64,000 nucleotides of DNA from an uncultured Planctomycetia bacterium (lineage in GTDB: Bacteria > Omnitrophota > Gorgyraeia > Gorgyraeales > Gorgyraeaceae). Below are positions 46,901-55,500 of this stretch, in pieces. Location of the stretch: assembly GCA_964415355.1 (NCBI GenBank), contig CAYPYS010000007.1, positions 11,208-75,207 on the forward strand, given 5' to 3'. The number at the start of each line of letters is the position of its first letter. The first letter of the stretch is position 1. The notes under the pieces were generated by a model. It had not been told where the DNA came from. It saw nothing but the letters and a program-made list of their open reading frames with translations, and searched no databases. The translations under genes were made by a program, and so were the position numbers.

Positions 46901-48084
46901 TGGCCAGAGAGCATGATTTTCTTTTAGTAGAAGACGCCAGGTACAGGGATCCTGTTTTGTCAGAAAACGAAAGTTTAAAGGCCATCGATTACGAAGGCCT
47001 TGATAGCAGGGTCGTGCAGCTTCGCAGTCTTTCGCAGCTTTTTGGGAAAGACGTAGAGATAGGTTCTGGTTATGCCGTGCTTCCGGCCGCGCTCGCGGTA
47101 AAGTTTGAGGCGACTAAAGGCTCTGTAACGCTTCACCCGAATTCAATGGCGCAGATACTTGTATATAAGGAATTATTGAGGAGATACGGAGATAGAGACA
47201 TTGAATTTTCTGAACTTACTGAGGCAGAGAAAAATCCGGAATTACCGGCCTGGCTCTCGGATAAATTATCTGACTATGGCAGAGGCATCAAGCTTTCAGA
47301 GATAAGAAGGATCCTGAAACTCATGGCCGACCCTGATTTGATTTCATTGGCCGGAGGCATACCTGCCGCCGAACTGTTTCCTTACGAACAGACCTATGAA
47401 CTTATTGCAGAATTCGGCGAAGGAGACTGGAGAACGGCTCTGACTGCTTCTCACAGTCAGGGCATTGAGAGGCTCAGGGCATTGGCAGCAAAGACTGTTG
47501 GCGCCGGCGCAGAGAATGTGCTTATAACAGATGGCTCGCAAGAGGGCCTTGACCTTTTAGGCCGCTTTGTCAGGTCTATTTCGTCAGAGAGGGATGACAG
47601 GGCTAATGAGGTCATAACCCAGAAGCCGACATACCTTGGATTCATGAGCGCTGCGGATCCATATGGATGCGAGGTCCAACCGTATGATCTGAATAATCTA
47701 GAAGGCATTGAAGAACTTAGAAAAGATCTGAGGACGAGAGCTGATGCCGGAGATGCCCTTCCTTCTCTTATGTATATAATGCCTACCTTTGGCAATCCAA
47801 ACGGAGACGTAATGAGTTTAGAGGAAAGGGTAAGGCTTTTGGAGGTAGCAGACGAGTTTGACATAGCCATTGCCGAAGACAATCCATATGGAGCGCTTAG
47901 ATACGAGGGGGAAGCTATCCCTACCTTGCTTGAGTTATCAAGAGAATCAGGCAATGCCACTGTTTTATACCTTGGCACAGTGTCCAAGACATTTACCCCG
48001 GGCATGAGGATAGGCTGGACAGTAGGGCCTGTGGAAATAATACAGCGTTTAACAGCATACAAGGAAGAGACGGTAAAAAGGTAG
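43981..48084 (+). CDS. Giant multi-domain protein 1, upstream segment: conserved hydrophobic N-terminal leader, ~1000-aa region of unknown function, two tandem class-I aminotransferase-fold domains; ends at an in-frame TAG that interrupts the second aminotransferase domain
   Basis: ATG 43981 follows the RBS AGGGGGA. Leader RRRINRITSIVTLLTFLSTSTLYAAP. The first aminotransferase-like domain is degenerate (SQLF in place of the SKxF lysine motif). The second is intact (LAGGIPAAELFP; PTFGNPNGDVMS; GTVSKTFTPGMRIGW). Stop TAG 48082-48084. Confidence 0.75.
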   Translation: MYRRRINRITSIVTLLTFLSTSTLYAAPSSRSFFKNKKVDHKKLSDQNEDFIEKKGSVLDIKNGAKPQARRKEARALLSSHLKDLSQIHIPSELGRIIEVYEGEKDKRQGTRPLIVHIQDLHTNPEAELNLAKILEILIKDYSMNLVCSEGADGEVDTSSVSSFPDYSVREKVARLFIDSGELTGEEYLSITKYPDLAIWGIEDRDIYFKNIIEFNKIIKFSPQSHVFISQAKKALEQLKPKICSRELKDLDQKEASYDNQEIEVAQYLNYLADYVEALGINTKDYRNVNLLAESIDQEKTINQQKIMDESQSLLLNLQVSLSNKRIKKEQDELMARAELFRDQKISPFSFYSYLKALALRHLKEGLSKYPDLDRYITYLTNVNSLDQVKLFNELKDLAYDIKQALARTPEQKRFVKALRNINFLESFFNLKVSNEELDYYLANRDSHKVGFFQDFLKPTLKKYRLSSFIDYNTDLIDSKLPILEDFYKTVKDRDVAMVKNSLSEIENRNSKVSALIAGGFHTKGITTLLRDKNYSYIVVSPYSSTDIDEENYHFLLSGKRKPLTELLNKLDASEIVDGLSSSLRVTVGFDLDMHDGLREKVAPVLAEELGVSVEEVTPENILGRIVPVLLLHREASSWFSNFDKIIGVEIKRTAKGLVMKISPKGRGTKARYIMATRDSGFTLATARDFNAAGATVIAVAPEKSPLADTEDDSSLTYAGGEQARNVTTYNDLSAQGIRDSLATLSRDGAILVLADGTKWTVSEWDSQSKTAALTGLGDAKGETQYISVLDDGLVVISATPLIRDYTVVAIASDASVSVKIKALAEDIFTSPDRALATAALQYGLTRGFQPLINYISALLEREGVKAHPETEVVMLDDVFEGEDILARLLIEEGDIVVYNSGNLSEQDKRIYTNRGAELIEMDLSTPVGMHKLSGRLENGSIDADRVKFIQVLSERKLGTETMSQSARVALLALAREHDFLLVEDARYRDPVLSENESLKAIDYEGLDSRVVQLRSLSQLFGKDVEIGSGYAVLPAALAVKFEATKGSVTLHPNSMAQILVYKELLRRYGDRDIEFSELTEAEKNPELPAWLSDKLSDYGRGIKLSEIRRILKLMADPDLISLAGGIPAAELFPYEQTYELIAEFGEGDWRTALTASHSQGIERLRALAAKTVGAGAENVLITDGSQEGLDLLGRFVRSISSERDDRANEVITQKPTYLGFMSAADPYGCEVQPYDLNNLEGIEELRKDLRTRADAGDALPSLMYIMPTFGNPNGDVMSLEERVRLLEVADEFDIAIAEDNPYGALRYEGEAIPTLLELSRESGNATVLYLGTVSKTFTPGMRIGWTVGPVEIIQRLTAYKEETVKR

Positions 48085-48200
48085 GCTTTGTGCCTGGCTG
48101 GCCGTTTTTAGGAGAGTCAAATCAGATCAGGCTGTCTTTCCCGACAAACTCCCCTGATATTATAGACGGCGCAGTAAAGGCAGTTAGTATTGCCATAAAG
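46380..48200 (+). other. Tandem class-I aminotransferase-fold domains in giant ORF 1 (first degenerate, second intact and interrupted by the frame break)
   Basis: Domain 1: ALLALAREHDFLLVEDARYRD...LRSLSQLFGKDVEIGSGYAV, with Gln where the PLP Lys is expected. Domain 2: ISLAGGIPAAELFP ... EDNPYGALRY ... GTVSKTFTPGMRIGW ... (frame break) ... IRLSFPTNSPDII. Confidence 0.65.
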
Positions 48201-51200
48201 GACAGCATGGGCAAAGGCACCCTGGCTATGGAAGGCCAGGTCCCTGCTGCTGATCTCGAGATCCTTACTAACTTTGGGACAGCCGGATGGCGAGGCACTG
48301 ATTTTACAGACGGCAATGTCAGGCGCATGGCACAGGCTGTTGCCGAAGTAGGGATAGCAGAAATCAATAAGCCTGTTTCTGAGATTCGCATGGCTGTCGG
48401 ATATGATGCAAGGCCTGGTGCCAGGGAAGATGCTATCCTCCTAACAGAGGTTCTGGTAGCGAACGGCATACACGTTGATTTCATAGATCAGGTATTGCCT
48501 TCACCCGTAATGATAGAGGTAACGCACGGAAGCGTTCCTGATTCAGAAAGATATGATCTAACGGTTTATTTTACCGCAAGTCATAATCCCGTGTATCAAT
48601 CGCTTGACCCGCTTAAGCAGTATAAAGGTATAAAGATATTAATAGAGGGTGTTCCTGCCGGCGATGAGTTTACCTCAAAGATATCAGCTCGAGCAAATGA
48701 CCTGGCCAAGAATGCCACATATAAATATATTCCCTTTGATCAGATTCCGGATATGCTTATTACGCATGACGTGGATCTTATTGCAAAAGATAGAGCTCGA
48801 CTTGAAAAAGCCTTTGGGCTTTCAGATTATGGAGTAAAAATAGCCAGATTATTTACTATATTTCCTAATTTGACGATTCGCATAAGTCCGATGAACGGTG
48901 CGACCGTGGAACAGATCGCTATATTCGATAAAATAGGCCTACCTGTAGTTTTTTATGATACCGCGCCTTTGCATGAAGTTATAGCCAGCGGAGAATACGA
49001 GCTTCAGACTGCAGACGGGATAATGAAAGGACCTGATCCGACAAAACCCTATAATCTTAATGCAGAGATGTTAAAAGATACAGAAGGGCAGGATGTCATA
49101 AAGTTTCTTATTGACGGAGACGGGGACCGTCTTGTTGTCGAGGATATAAACGGCAGGCCGATCACGCCTAATGAAATCGGTCTTATCATCGCCCATTATC
49201 TCCTGGAGCACAAGGGCGAGGAAGGTTACGTCGTCCGCACTTTGCCTACTACGAGAATGCTGGATCGTCTCGCAAGAAAATTTGGAATGCCTCTCGCGCA
49301 GACAGGAGTCGGCTCAAAGAACTTCGGGCCTTATACTGTTCAAGGGACCGAGCAGCGTCTTATCGTTGCCGTTGAAGAGAGCGGACATGTTTTCTTTAGA
49401 TTAGGCGATGAGATATTTGTCGACCATGCAGTAGCCGAGGCCTTGATCCTGCTCGATATCATGGCAACGACAGGCAAGACATTGACCCAGTATCTTGAGG
49501 AGGTCGAAAGAGAGCTGGGGACTATTCATTATAAACGGGATGCCGTGGCCAAGGAATTAGCGGTCCCTGGCCTGAAGCGCGGGCTATTGTGGCTGCGCAA
49601 TAATGATCCTGAGCTTTTGGCGCGCGCAATCGCAGATGAACTGGGTATGGATTTGAAAGGTTTTGATCCATTGGATAAGACCGGTGTCCTTGTAACCTTT
49701 GAAGATGATCAATGGATTTTACCTCGCGCATCAGGCACGACAAATACTATAAGGATTTACGCTGAGACGAGTTCTCAGGAAGATCTGGAAAAATGGATAA
49801 GCGGAGCAGAAAGGGTTTTGGTAAAACTTGTCAATGATATGGCTGCTCAAGGCATACTGGACAGGTCTCCGGATATCTGGTCGCATGTTATAGAAAGAGG
49901 AAAATCTCTCGCAGGCGATATCGTGAAGTGGCTCGGCTGGGTAGATGCGCCTGTGAGATTTTTGAAACGGATGTCAAAGATTAGAAGCTTGAAGTCAGAG
50001 CTTGCAGAGGAAGGCATAACCAATGTCGTTGTCCTTGGCACCGGAGGATCAGGCCTGGGTATAGGGACTTACGCCGAGGTCTTTGAAAAAGATAATTTAA
50101 TAGTCATTGATTTAGAAGATCCTCAGGGCATACAGAATGCAATGGCATGGGTCGATGAAAGGGGTTGGGATAAGACGATCTTTACTGTGCAGAGCAAATC
50201 CTGGGGCACTACTGAAACAAGAAACGCAGAGGCAGTTTTCAGGCAGGTCCTGGCTGATCGGATAGGGGCTGAAAATGTAGCCCGGCATTTTATAGCAGTG
50301 ACTGACGCAGGCAGGATAAAGGGAGAAGAGAGGGCTAATTTTAGGGAAATATTTGCGACTAATTATCCCGGAGATGCCAGGAAAGGTCGCGATATAGGTG
50401 GCAGATATTCTTCAGATTCCTTCTTTAGTCTTGTTCCGGCTGAATTAGCAGGCATACCCCATGAAGAGCTTTTAGTGGATGCCCGCGATGAATATAACCA
50501 GTTCAGGCGAGAGCTTGGAGAATATATAGGTGTCCGCATAGGCGCAGAGCTTAGCAGGTTCCACGGCCTTGGCAGAAATAAAATTACCTTTATATTAGAT
50601 AAAGGCCTTGAAGCATTTGGACCGTGGGTGCAGCAGCTTATAAATGAATCCGTAGGCAAGAACGAAGATACCGTAGTCTGTGTTACCGGAGAAGAATTTT
50701 CAGGAGATAGTTCTGTGTATGGGGATGACAGGGTCTTTGTGAAGATCGCTATAGGTAAAGGTCCTGCTATGCAAGTCACAGAACAAGGCATTGTTCTCAT
50801 AGTCGAAAGTAAAAATGACATAAATAGATTGCAATATAGGTTCAAGGTAGCTACTGCTATCCTGGCAAATCTAATGGGTGTGCACCCGTTTAATCAGCCG
50901 TTTGTCGAGAGCAGTAAATGGATTACAAAGGGTCTCCTGGATTCGGAGTTGACTCCTGAGCAGCTCACAGCAGAGCTTGTCGTAGCCGCATCTGAAAATT
51001 TAAAGAAATACGAAGGAGCAGAGGTCGCTATGCATTACACAGGAAGGACAGAAGACGCTATTGACATTGACCTGGAAACTGCTTCTGTGGAAGATGTATT
51101 GGCAGCATTTCTGGCAACAATAGAGTCAGGGGATTATATCTATCTTTCTCCTTATACATTTGATTCTCCTGCGCTGCAAAAGGCCTTTTCTGAGATAAGG

Positions 51201-51899
51201 AGTATTATAAGAGATAATCATCCTGCTCATCCAGCCACGCTTTTTGGCATTGGCTCAAGGAGCCAGCATTCCGACAATCAGCTTAATAACGCCACTGACC
51301 AGGCAACGGTATTGGCGTTTACCTTTGATTCGGCCGAAGGTGTTGATAGGGCAGTGCCCGGTAAAAATTATACACTGGCTCAGGAAAACATGGCGCATGC
51401 ATTGGGAACGGTAGGCGCGCTGGAGGATAAGGGAAGAAGGGTCATGAGGATCCACCTTTCCGATGAGTACAGGCAGGACATAACAAAATTAACAGCACTC
51501 TTTGAGAAAGCCGTTGCAAGGATGCGCGGAATGGAATTAGTCAGGTCATCGAGTAAGCAGCAGGCCGCGTCAATGGAACAGATCCTGGTCGTTCCCGCAA
51601 ACAAGGTAATAGCCGATAAAGAGGGTTTTGAAAAATGGATGTCATCCGGCCGCCAGGAAAATAACGCTGTGGTGATAGTAGCTTATGATGTCGACGAATA
51701 CAATCGGGTCAAGGAATTCGGGGACATTGCCTATATAAGGGTAGTCGGAAAGGATATTAGCGAGGAATACGACCTTAAGCTGCTCCAGATGTTTGCATTG
51801 TTCGGAAAAGATAATATGTTTGGCGGATTTATACTTGGGACACCGGCTGACCTGGATGATTTCAGATCAGTTTCCGAAGAGATATCCTCTGGCGTCTAA
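48090..51899 (+). CDS. Giant multi-domain protein 1, downstream segment: aminotransferase C-terminal tail, alpha-D-phosphohexomutase, phosphoglucose isomerase, conserved C-terminal domain; probably one gene with 43981-48084 via a frame disruption
   Basis: Frame 3 is open from 47934 and overlaps the upstream segment. NQIRLSFPTNSPDIIDGAVKAV matches an aminotransferase C-terminus. Phosphohexomutase loops GTAGWRG, TASHNP, DGDGDR, EESGH and RASGTTNTIRIY. PGI motifs GTGGSGLG, SKSWGTTET and DIGGRYSSDS. The C-terminal domain is shared with the 3703-aa ORF. Confidence 0.75.
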   Translation: MPGWPFLGESNQIRLSFPTNSPDIIDGAVKAVSIAIKDSMGKGTLAMEGQVPAADLEILTNFGTAGWRGTDFTDGNVRRMAQAVAEVGIAEINKPVSEIRMAVGYDARPGAREDAILLTEVLVANGIHVDFIDQVLPSPVMIEVTHGSVPDSERYDLTVYFTASHNPVYQSLDPLKQYKGIKILIEGVPAGDEFTSKISARANDLAKNATYKYIPFDQIPDMLITHDVDLIAKDRARLEKAFGLSDYGVKIARLFTIFPNLTIRISPMNGATVEQIAIFDKIGLPVVFYDTAPLHEVIASGEYELQTADGIMKGPDPTKPYNLNAEMLKDTEGQDVIKFLIDGDGDRLVVEDINGRPITPNEIGLIIAHYLLEHKGEEGYVVRTLPTTRMLDRLARKFGMPLAQTGVGSKNFGPYTVQGTEQRLIVAVEESGHVFFRLGDEIFVDHAVAEALILLDIMATTGKTLTQYLEEVERELGTIHYKRDAVAKELAVPGLKRGLLWLRNNDPELLARAIADELGMDLKGFDPLDKTGVLVTFEDDQWILPRASGTTNTIRIYAETSSQEDLEKWISGAERVLVKLVNDMAAQGILDRSPDIWSHVIERGKSLAGDIVKWLGWVDAPVRFLKRMSKIRSLKSELAEEGITNVVVLGTGGSGLGIGTYAEVFEKDNLIVIDLEDPQGIQNAMAWVDERGWDKTIFTVQSKSWGTTETRNAEAVFRQVLADRIGAENVARHFIAVTDAGRIKGEERANFREIFATNYPGDARKGRDIGGRYSSDSFFSLVPAELAGIPHEELLVDARDEYNQFRRELGEYIGVRIGAELSRFHGLGRNKITFILDKGLEAFGPWVQQLINESVGKNEDTVVCVTGEEFSGDSSVYGDDRVFVKIAIGKGPAMQVTEQGIVLIVESKNDINRLQYRFKVATAILANLMGVHPFNQPFVESSKWITKGLLDSELTPEQLTAELVVAASENLKKYEGAEVAMHYTGRTEDAIDIDLETASVEDVLAAFLATIESGDYIYLSPYTFDSPALQKAFSEIRSIIRDNHPAHPATLFGIGSRSQHSDNQLNNATDQATVLAFTFDSAEGVDRAVPGKNYTLAQENMAHALGTVGALEDKGRRVMRIHLSDEYRQDITKLTALFEKAVARMRGMELVRSSSKQQAASMEQILVVPANKVIADKEGFEKWMSSGRQENNAVVIVAYDVDEYNRVKEFGDIAYIRVVGKDISEEYDLKLLQMFALFGKDNMFGGFILGTPADLDDFRSVSEEISSGV
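48240..49900 (+). other. alpha-D-phosphohexomutase (PGM/PMM/GlmM-family) module within giant ORF 1
   Basis: All four signature loops are present: TASHNP (phosphoserine), DGDGDR (metal), EESGH (sugar) and RASGTTNTIRIY (phosphate). N-terminal GTAGWRG. Confidence 0.8.
50020..51100 (+). other. Phosphoglucose isomerase (SIS/PGI) module within giant ORF 1
   Basis: VVLGTGGSGLGIGTY. SKSWGTTETRN, matching the SKSGTTxET motif. DIGGRYSSDSFFSL, matching the PGI GGRYS signature. Confidence 0.75.
51573..51899 (+). other. Conserved C-terminal cassette shared by both giant ORFs (copy in giant 1)
   Basis: QILVVPANKVIADKEGFEKWMSSGRQENNAVVIVAYDVDEYNRVKEFGDIAYIRVVGKDISEEYDLKLLQMFALFGKDNMFGGFILGTPADLDDFRSVSEEISSGV. 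Confidence 0.8.
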
Positions 51900-51932
51900 C
51901 TTTACATTTCAACGTTGTTGAAATGTAAAGTT
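51898..51932. repeat. Intergenic palindromic repeat, subfamily A (perfect palindrome; first of two after giant ORF 1)
   Basis: AACTTTACATTTCAACGTTGTTGAAATGTAAAGTT. Starts on the AA of the TAA stop. Confidence 0.85.
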
Positions 51933-51953
51933 AAGCAGTGCGCTGACCACCTT

Positions 51954-51988
51954 AACTTCACGCTTTAACGTTGTTGAAGTGTGAAGTT
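51954..51988. repeat. Intergenic palindromic repeat, GC-shifted variant
   Basis: AACTTCACGCTTTAACGTTGTTGAAGTGTGAAGTT. Confidence 0.8.
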
Positions 51989-52038
51989 ATTTTTGGTGTT
52001 GTTGGCAAAGAGATTTAAAAAGAGCAAAATGATTTTAT

Positions 52039-52060
52039 TAGTAATACTATAGATTTACTA
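52039..52060 (+). promoter_or_regulatory. Inverted repeat upstream of the Rrf2 regulator gene (candidate operator)
   Basis: TAGTAAT-actatag-ATTTACTA, 20-40 nt upstream of ATG 52080. The AT-rich context makes this weak. Confidence 0.25.
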
Positions 52061-52079
52061 GCATAGAGGGTATTTTAGT

Positions 52080-52520
52080 ATGAAGATATCTACAAGAATC
52101 AGATATGGCACGCGTTTGATGCTGGAATTAGGGCTTTCTTATAAGGAAGGCCCTATTTTTTTAAAAGATATTGCCAGGAAGCAGGAGATCTCTGAAAAAT
52201 ATTTAAGCCAGATCATCATTCCTCTAAAGGCTGCAGGCCTGATCAATACTTATAATGGCGCTCACAGCGGATATGTCCTAGCTAAATCTCCGCAAGAAAT
52301 AACAGTGAAAGAGATAGCAGAGATCGTAGAAGGGAATTTCGATCTTATAGAATGTGTGACTAACCCTTCCGGATGTGCACGCGCAGCTATGTGTGCGACA
52401 AGAGATCTATGGGATGATCTGGGCAGGACGATCGCGGAAAAACTCGATTCATTCACTATTAAGGATTTAATAGATAGATCCAAAGAAAAACAGGAAAATT
52501 CAACAGCATATAATATCTGA
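52080..52520 (+). CDS. Rrf2/IscR-family transcriptional regulator
   Basis: wHTH N-terminus MKISTRIRYGTRLMLELG...IFLKDIARKQEISEKYLSQII. Three clustered cysteines CVTNPSGCARAAMC, a pattern typical of Fe-S-binding IscR-like regulators. Confidence 0.8.
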   Translation: MKISTRIRYGTRLMLELGLSYKEGPIFLKDIARKQEISEKYLSQIIIPLKAAGLINTYNGAHSGYVLAKSPQEITVKEIAEIVEGNFDLIECVTNPSGCARAAMCATRDLWDDLGRTIAEKLDSFTIKDLIDRSKEKQENSTAYNI

Positions 52521-52545
52521 TTATCCTAGGACAAGGAGATTAAAA

Positions 52546-55500
52546 ATGACCTGGAAAATTATAAGAAAAATTACTTCTATTGTAATACTCATAACTTTTC
52601 TATCTACCAATGTCATATACGCGGCTCCGGGGCCCCGCAAGACACTAAGGGTGCCTCTGGGGTTTGCGAGAGAAAAGCTTTTAGAGCAGGAGCAAACAGG
52701 GCTTCCCACAAAGGAAATGCTTCTTATGATGGCCCAGGCAGTAGCCATGAGGATGGATGACGAATCCATACTCATGGATCTAGGGACTACTTTTTTCAAC
52801 ACAGCCTTTCGCAGAAATCTCGGCTCTCCTATCGAGATCCGCAGGAATAAAAATACAGGTACAGTCCATATCCGTTACAATGACAGATATATATCCATAA
52901 CAAGAAGCGGAAACATATCCGTGTCAAGCAGAATAAACTTTGATAAAGCCGAGCTCGTGATTGCCAGCATCAAGCCGCTTGTCGCATCCTCTTCTGATCC
53001 GACTGATAAAAAAGACAGGACAATAGGGTCTCTTCTCGGACTAATGGAGACATTTGCAGATCTCGGGCTCAAGCCAGGAGAGAAGATAACCATAAATGAC
53101 ATAATCCCTGAAAGAAAAAAGCAGGACGGTACATTGTATTCTCGTACGACAGTCTCAAGAGAATTTAAGGATGCAGTGGCGCTTGACCTTTTGAGGCTCA
53201 CAGGCAACAAGATAAAAAATAGCAATGAATATGAAGTCCTGAAGTCTTTTACGAGAGAACAGCTTAGTAGATTGCCGGGGCATATAAGGAAAAAGTTAAA
53301 CAGGGGCAGGATCAGATCTGATGAGATAGAAGAGCTCAGGCGCATATTCATAGCTGAGACATTAATGGGGCAAGGGACATTGCTGAAGGTATTCCTGGCA
53401 GGCCTTGCAGGTTTTCAGGAGGCGCTTGCAGACATACCTTATGATCTTTCAGGCGCAAATACTGAGACGGTCCAGAGTTTATTCACGGCTGTTGAAAACA
53501 TAGTTTTCCTGGCAAGGGATTTTGATAAAAAAGATCCTGCCTATGCCGAGGCTTATATCTATGAAAGCTTAGGGTTTGTTGATATTGATGGGAAAAGAAG
53601 ACTTGCTCTTGTCATCACGCCTTTTGAGGACAGGAGAAAGACCGGGTCCCTGGATGTCCTGGTATTTGATTCGCTTCTATCCGCGAATTATACGAGCCAC
53701 GCAATAAAAGCGACAGAAATAGAAATGGTGTCTACTATTGTCGGACGCCTGGATGAAAAGGATATTATCTCGCTTTCTCTTAAGTTCAGGGCAGAGTATC
53801 TGGATAACCCTGATGGCCCTGGCACGAGCGACACAAGGCGATCTGCCAAGGATTTTTTCCTGTATTTTGCCTCAAAGCGTAACGCAACCCAGGAAATATT
53901 GGATTTGGACGAAGAACTGATAGATGGTCTGGAGGGAAGGGACCTGGAAATAAAAGAACGCATGGCGCGCCTGAAAGAGGGCGTGTCGGATAAAGATCTT
54001 CTGGACGAATGGTTTATAGAAATTATGCAGGGAAAAGATACTCTTGTTCAGTACCTGTTATACACAGGGGACGCGGCTACATTCTGGTATGATTTACTGC
54101 TGGAGCTTGATTATACGCGCGCAATAAATGAGATGTTTTTATCAAGGCCTGACGCAATGACAACTTATGCCAGAAATGCATACGAACAGGCAGTCGTGGC
54201 CTCATGGATTTATATTCACCGCGCTGATTTTGGATCGCCTTTAGGAGAGAGGGCAGCCGAGGACAGAATAGAGGATTTTCAGCTGGCCCTGACATGGGAC
54301 ACGCTTGGCATACCAGGCCAGAAGGCGCTTGGCATGACAAAGGCAGAGTTTCCTGTGTGCTTGAATTGTGTTGGAAGGCCCTGTCAGCATGGGCCGCTGG
54401 GAAGCGTTGCTGCCCAGACGCGCACAAGGTCGGGTTTCGCCTCAGGCATAAGGTCTTTGATAGAAGACAATAATGTCTCTGCCAGCGTTCAGTTAGAGGG
54501 CGTATTTATATCCGAAGGAGTTTCATACTTAACCCATTTATATAATTATGCTGAACTATTGCTTATAGACCAGGCAGACGTCACCAGGTGGATGAATATG
54601 ACAGCGAGGGAACTGGACAGCGAAATAAGGTTGTTGACAGATGATGCAGACGCAATAGATCAAGAGGCAAAAAACATCGCAGAGCCGCATTGCCCGTTAG
54701 AGGTTCCTATCGCGGATATGTTCAGGCTTATGCGGCAGGATAGATTTGAAGAGGCGCTTGAGATCTTGAATAACAGCAGTTTTCTTGCAGGTATCTTCGG
54801 GCTCGTATGTCCCCAGGAACACCTGTGTCAGGCCGCGTGCGTCCAGGGCAGGCTGAGCGACAGGCCTTTGCCCATAGATATAGGAAAATTAGAATATCTC
54901 ATAGAGCTTACTTATATGAGGATAAACGGAGAATTGCCTATGCCTGAGGTCGCACCATTTACAGGAAAGTATGTCGCGATTATAGGTTCTGGCCCGGCAG
55001 GACTTCAGGCAGCATATGACCTGGCAAGAGAGGGTCACAAAGTGGTTTTATTCGAGCACCTGCATAAGGTCGGAGGTGTTTTAGTATATGGTATACCTAC
55101 ATTCAGGCTTCCTCCCGAGCTCCTCGAAGAAAAGGTCAGGATACTTAAGGAGATGGGCGTAAACTTTGTCACGAATGCTATTATAGGAGAAGACGGTGCG
55201 TATACCATAGAGGAGATGAGAAGATCATTTGACGCAGTAATAGTGGGCGTTGGCGCAGGCCAGTCAAACAAGATGGAGATAAGAGGCAAGGTGGTCCTTC
55301 TCGACGAAAAAACAGGAAGGGCAAGATTAGAGGTGCCTGAATACGCAAAGAGAGTGCCGATACCGGGCAGGGCCTTGAATGGCATTTATTCAGCGTATCA
55401 TTTTCTTTCATGGACATATCTGATGAATGCAATAAAGCCGGGTTATGATACGCCCATACCGCTCTCAAAAAATATACTCCAAGCATTTACGGAATCCAGG

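Noticed and set aside
48073-48084. Programmed -1 ribosomal frameshift at GTAAAAAGG
   Set aside because: The sequence does not fit an X_XXY_YYZ slippery heptamer (the A-site codon AGG cannot re-pair in the -1 frame) and no obvious downstream pseudoknot is visible. A sequencing indel or genuine mutation is more parsimonious, so this is kept as a finding to be checked rather than called as recoding.
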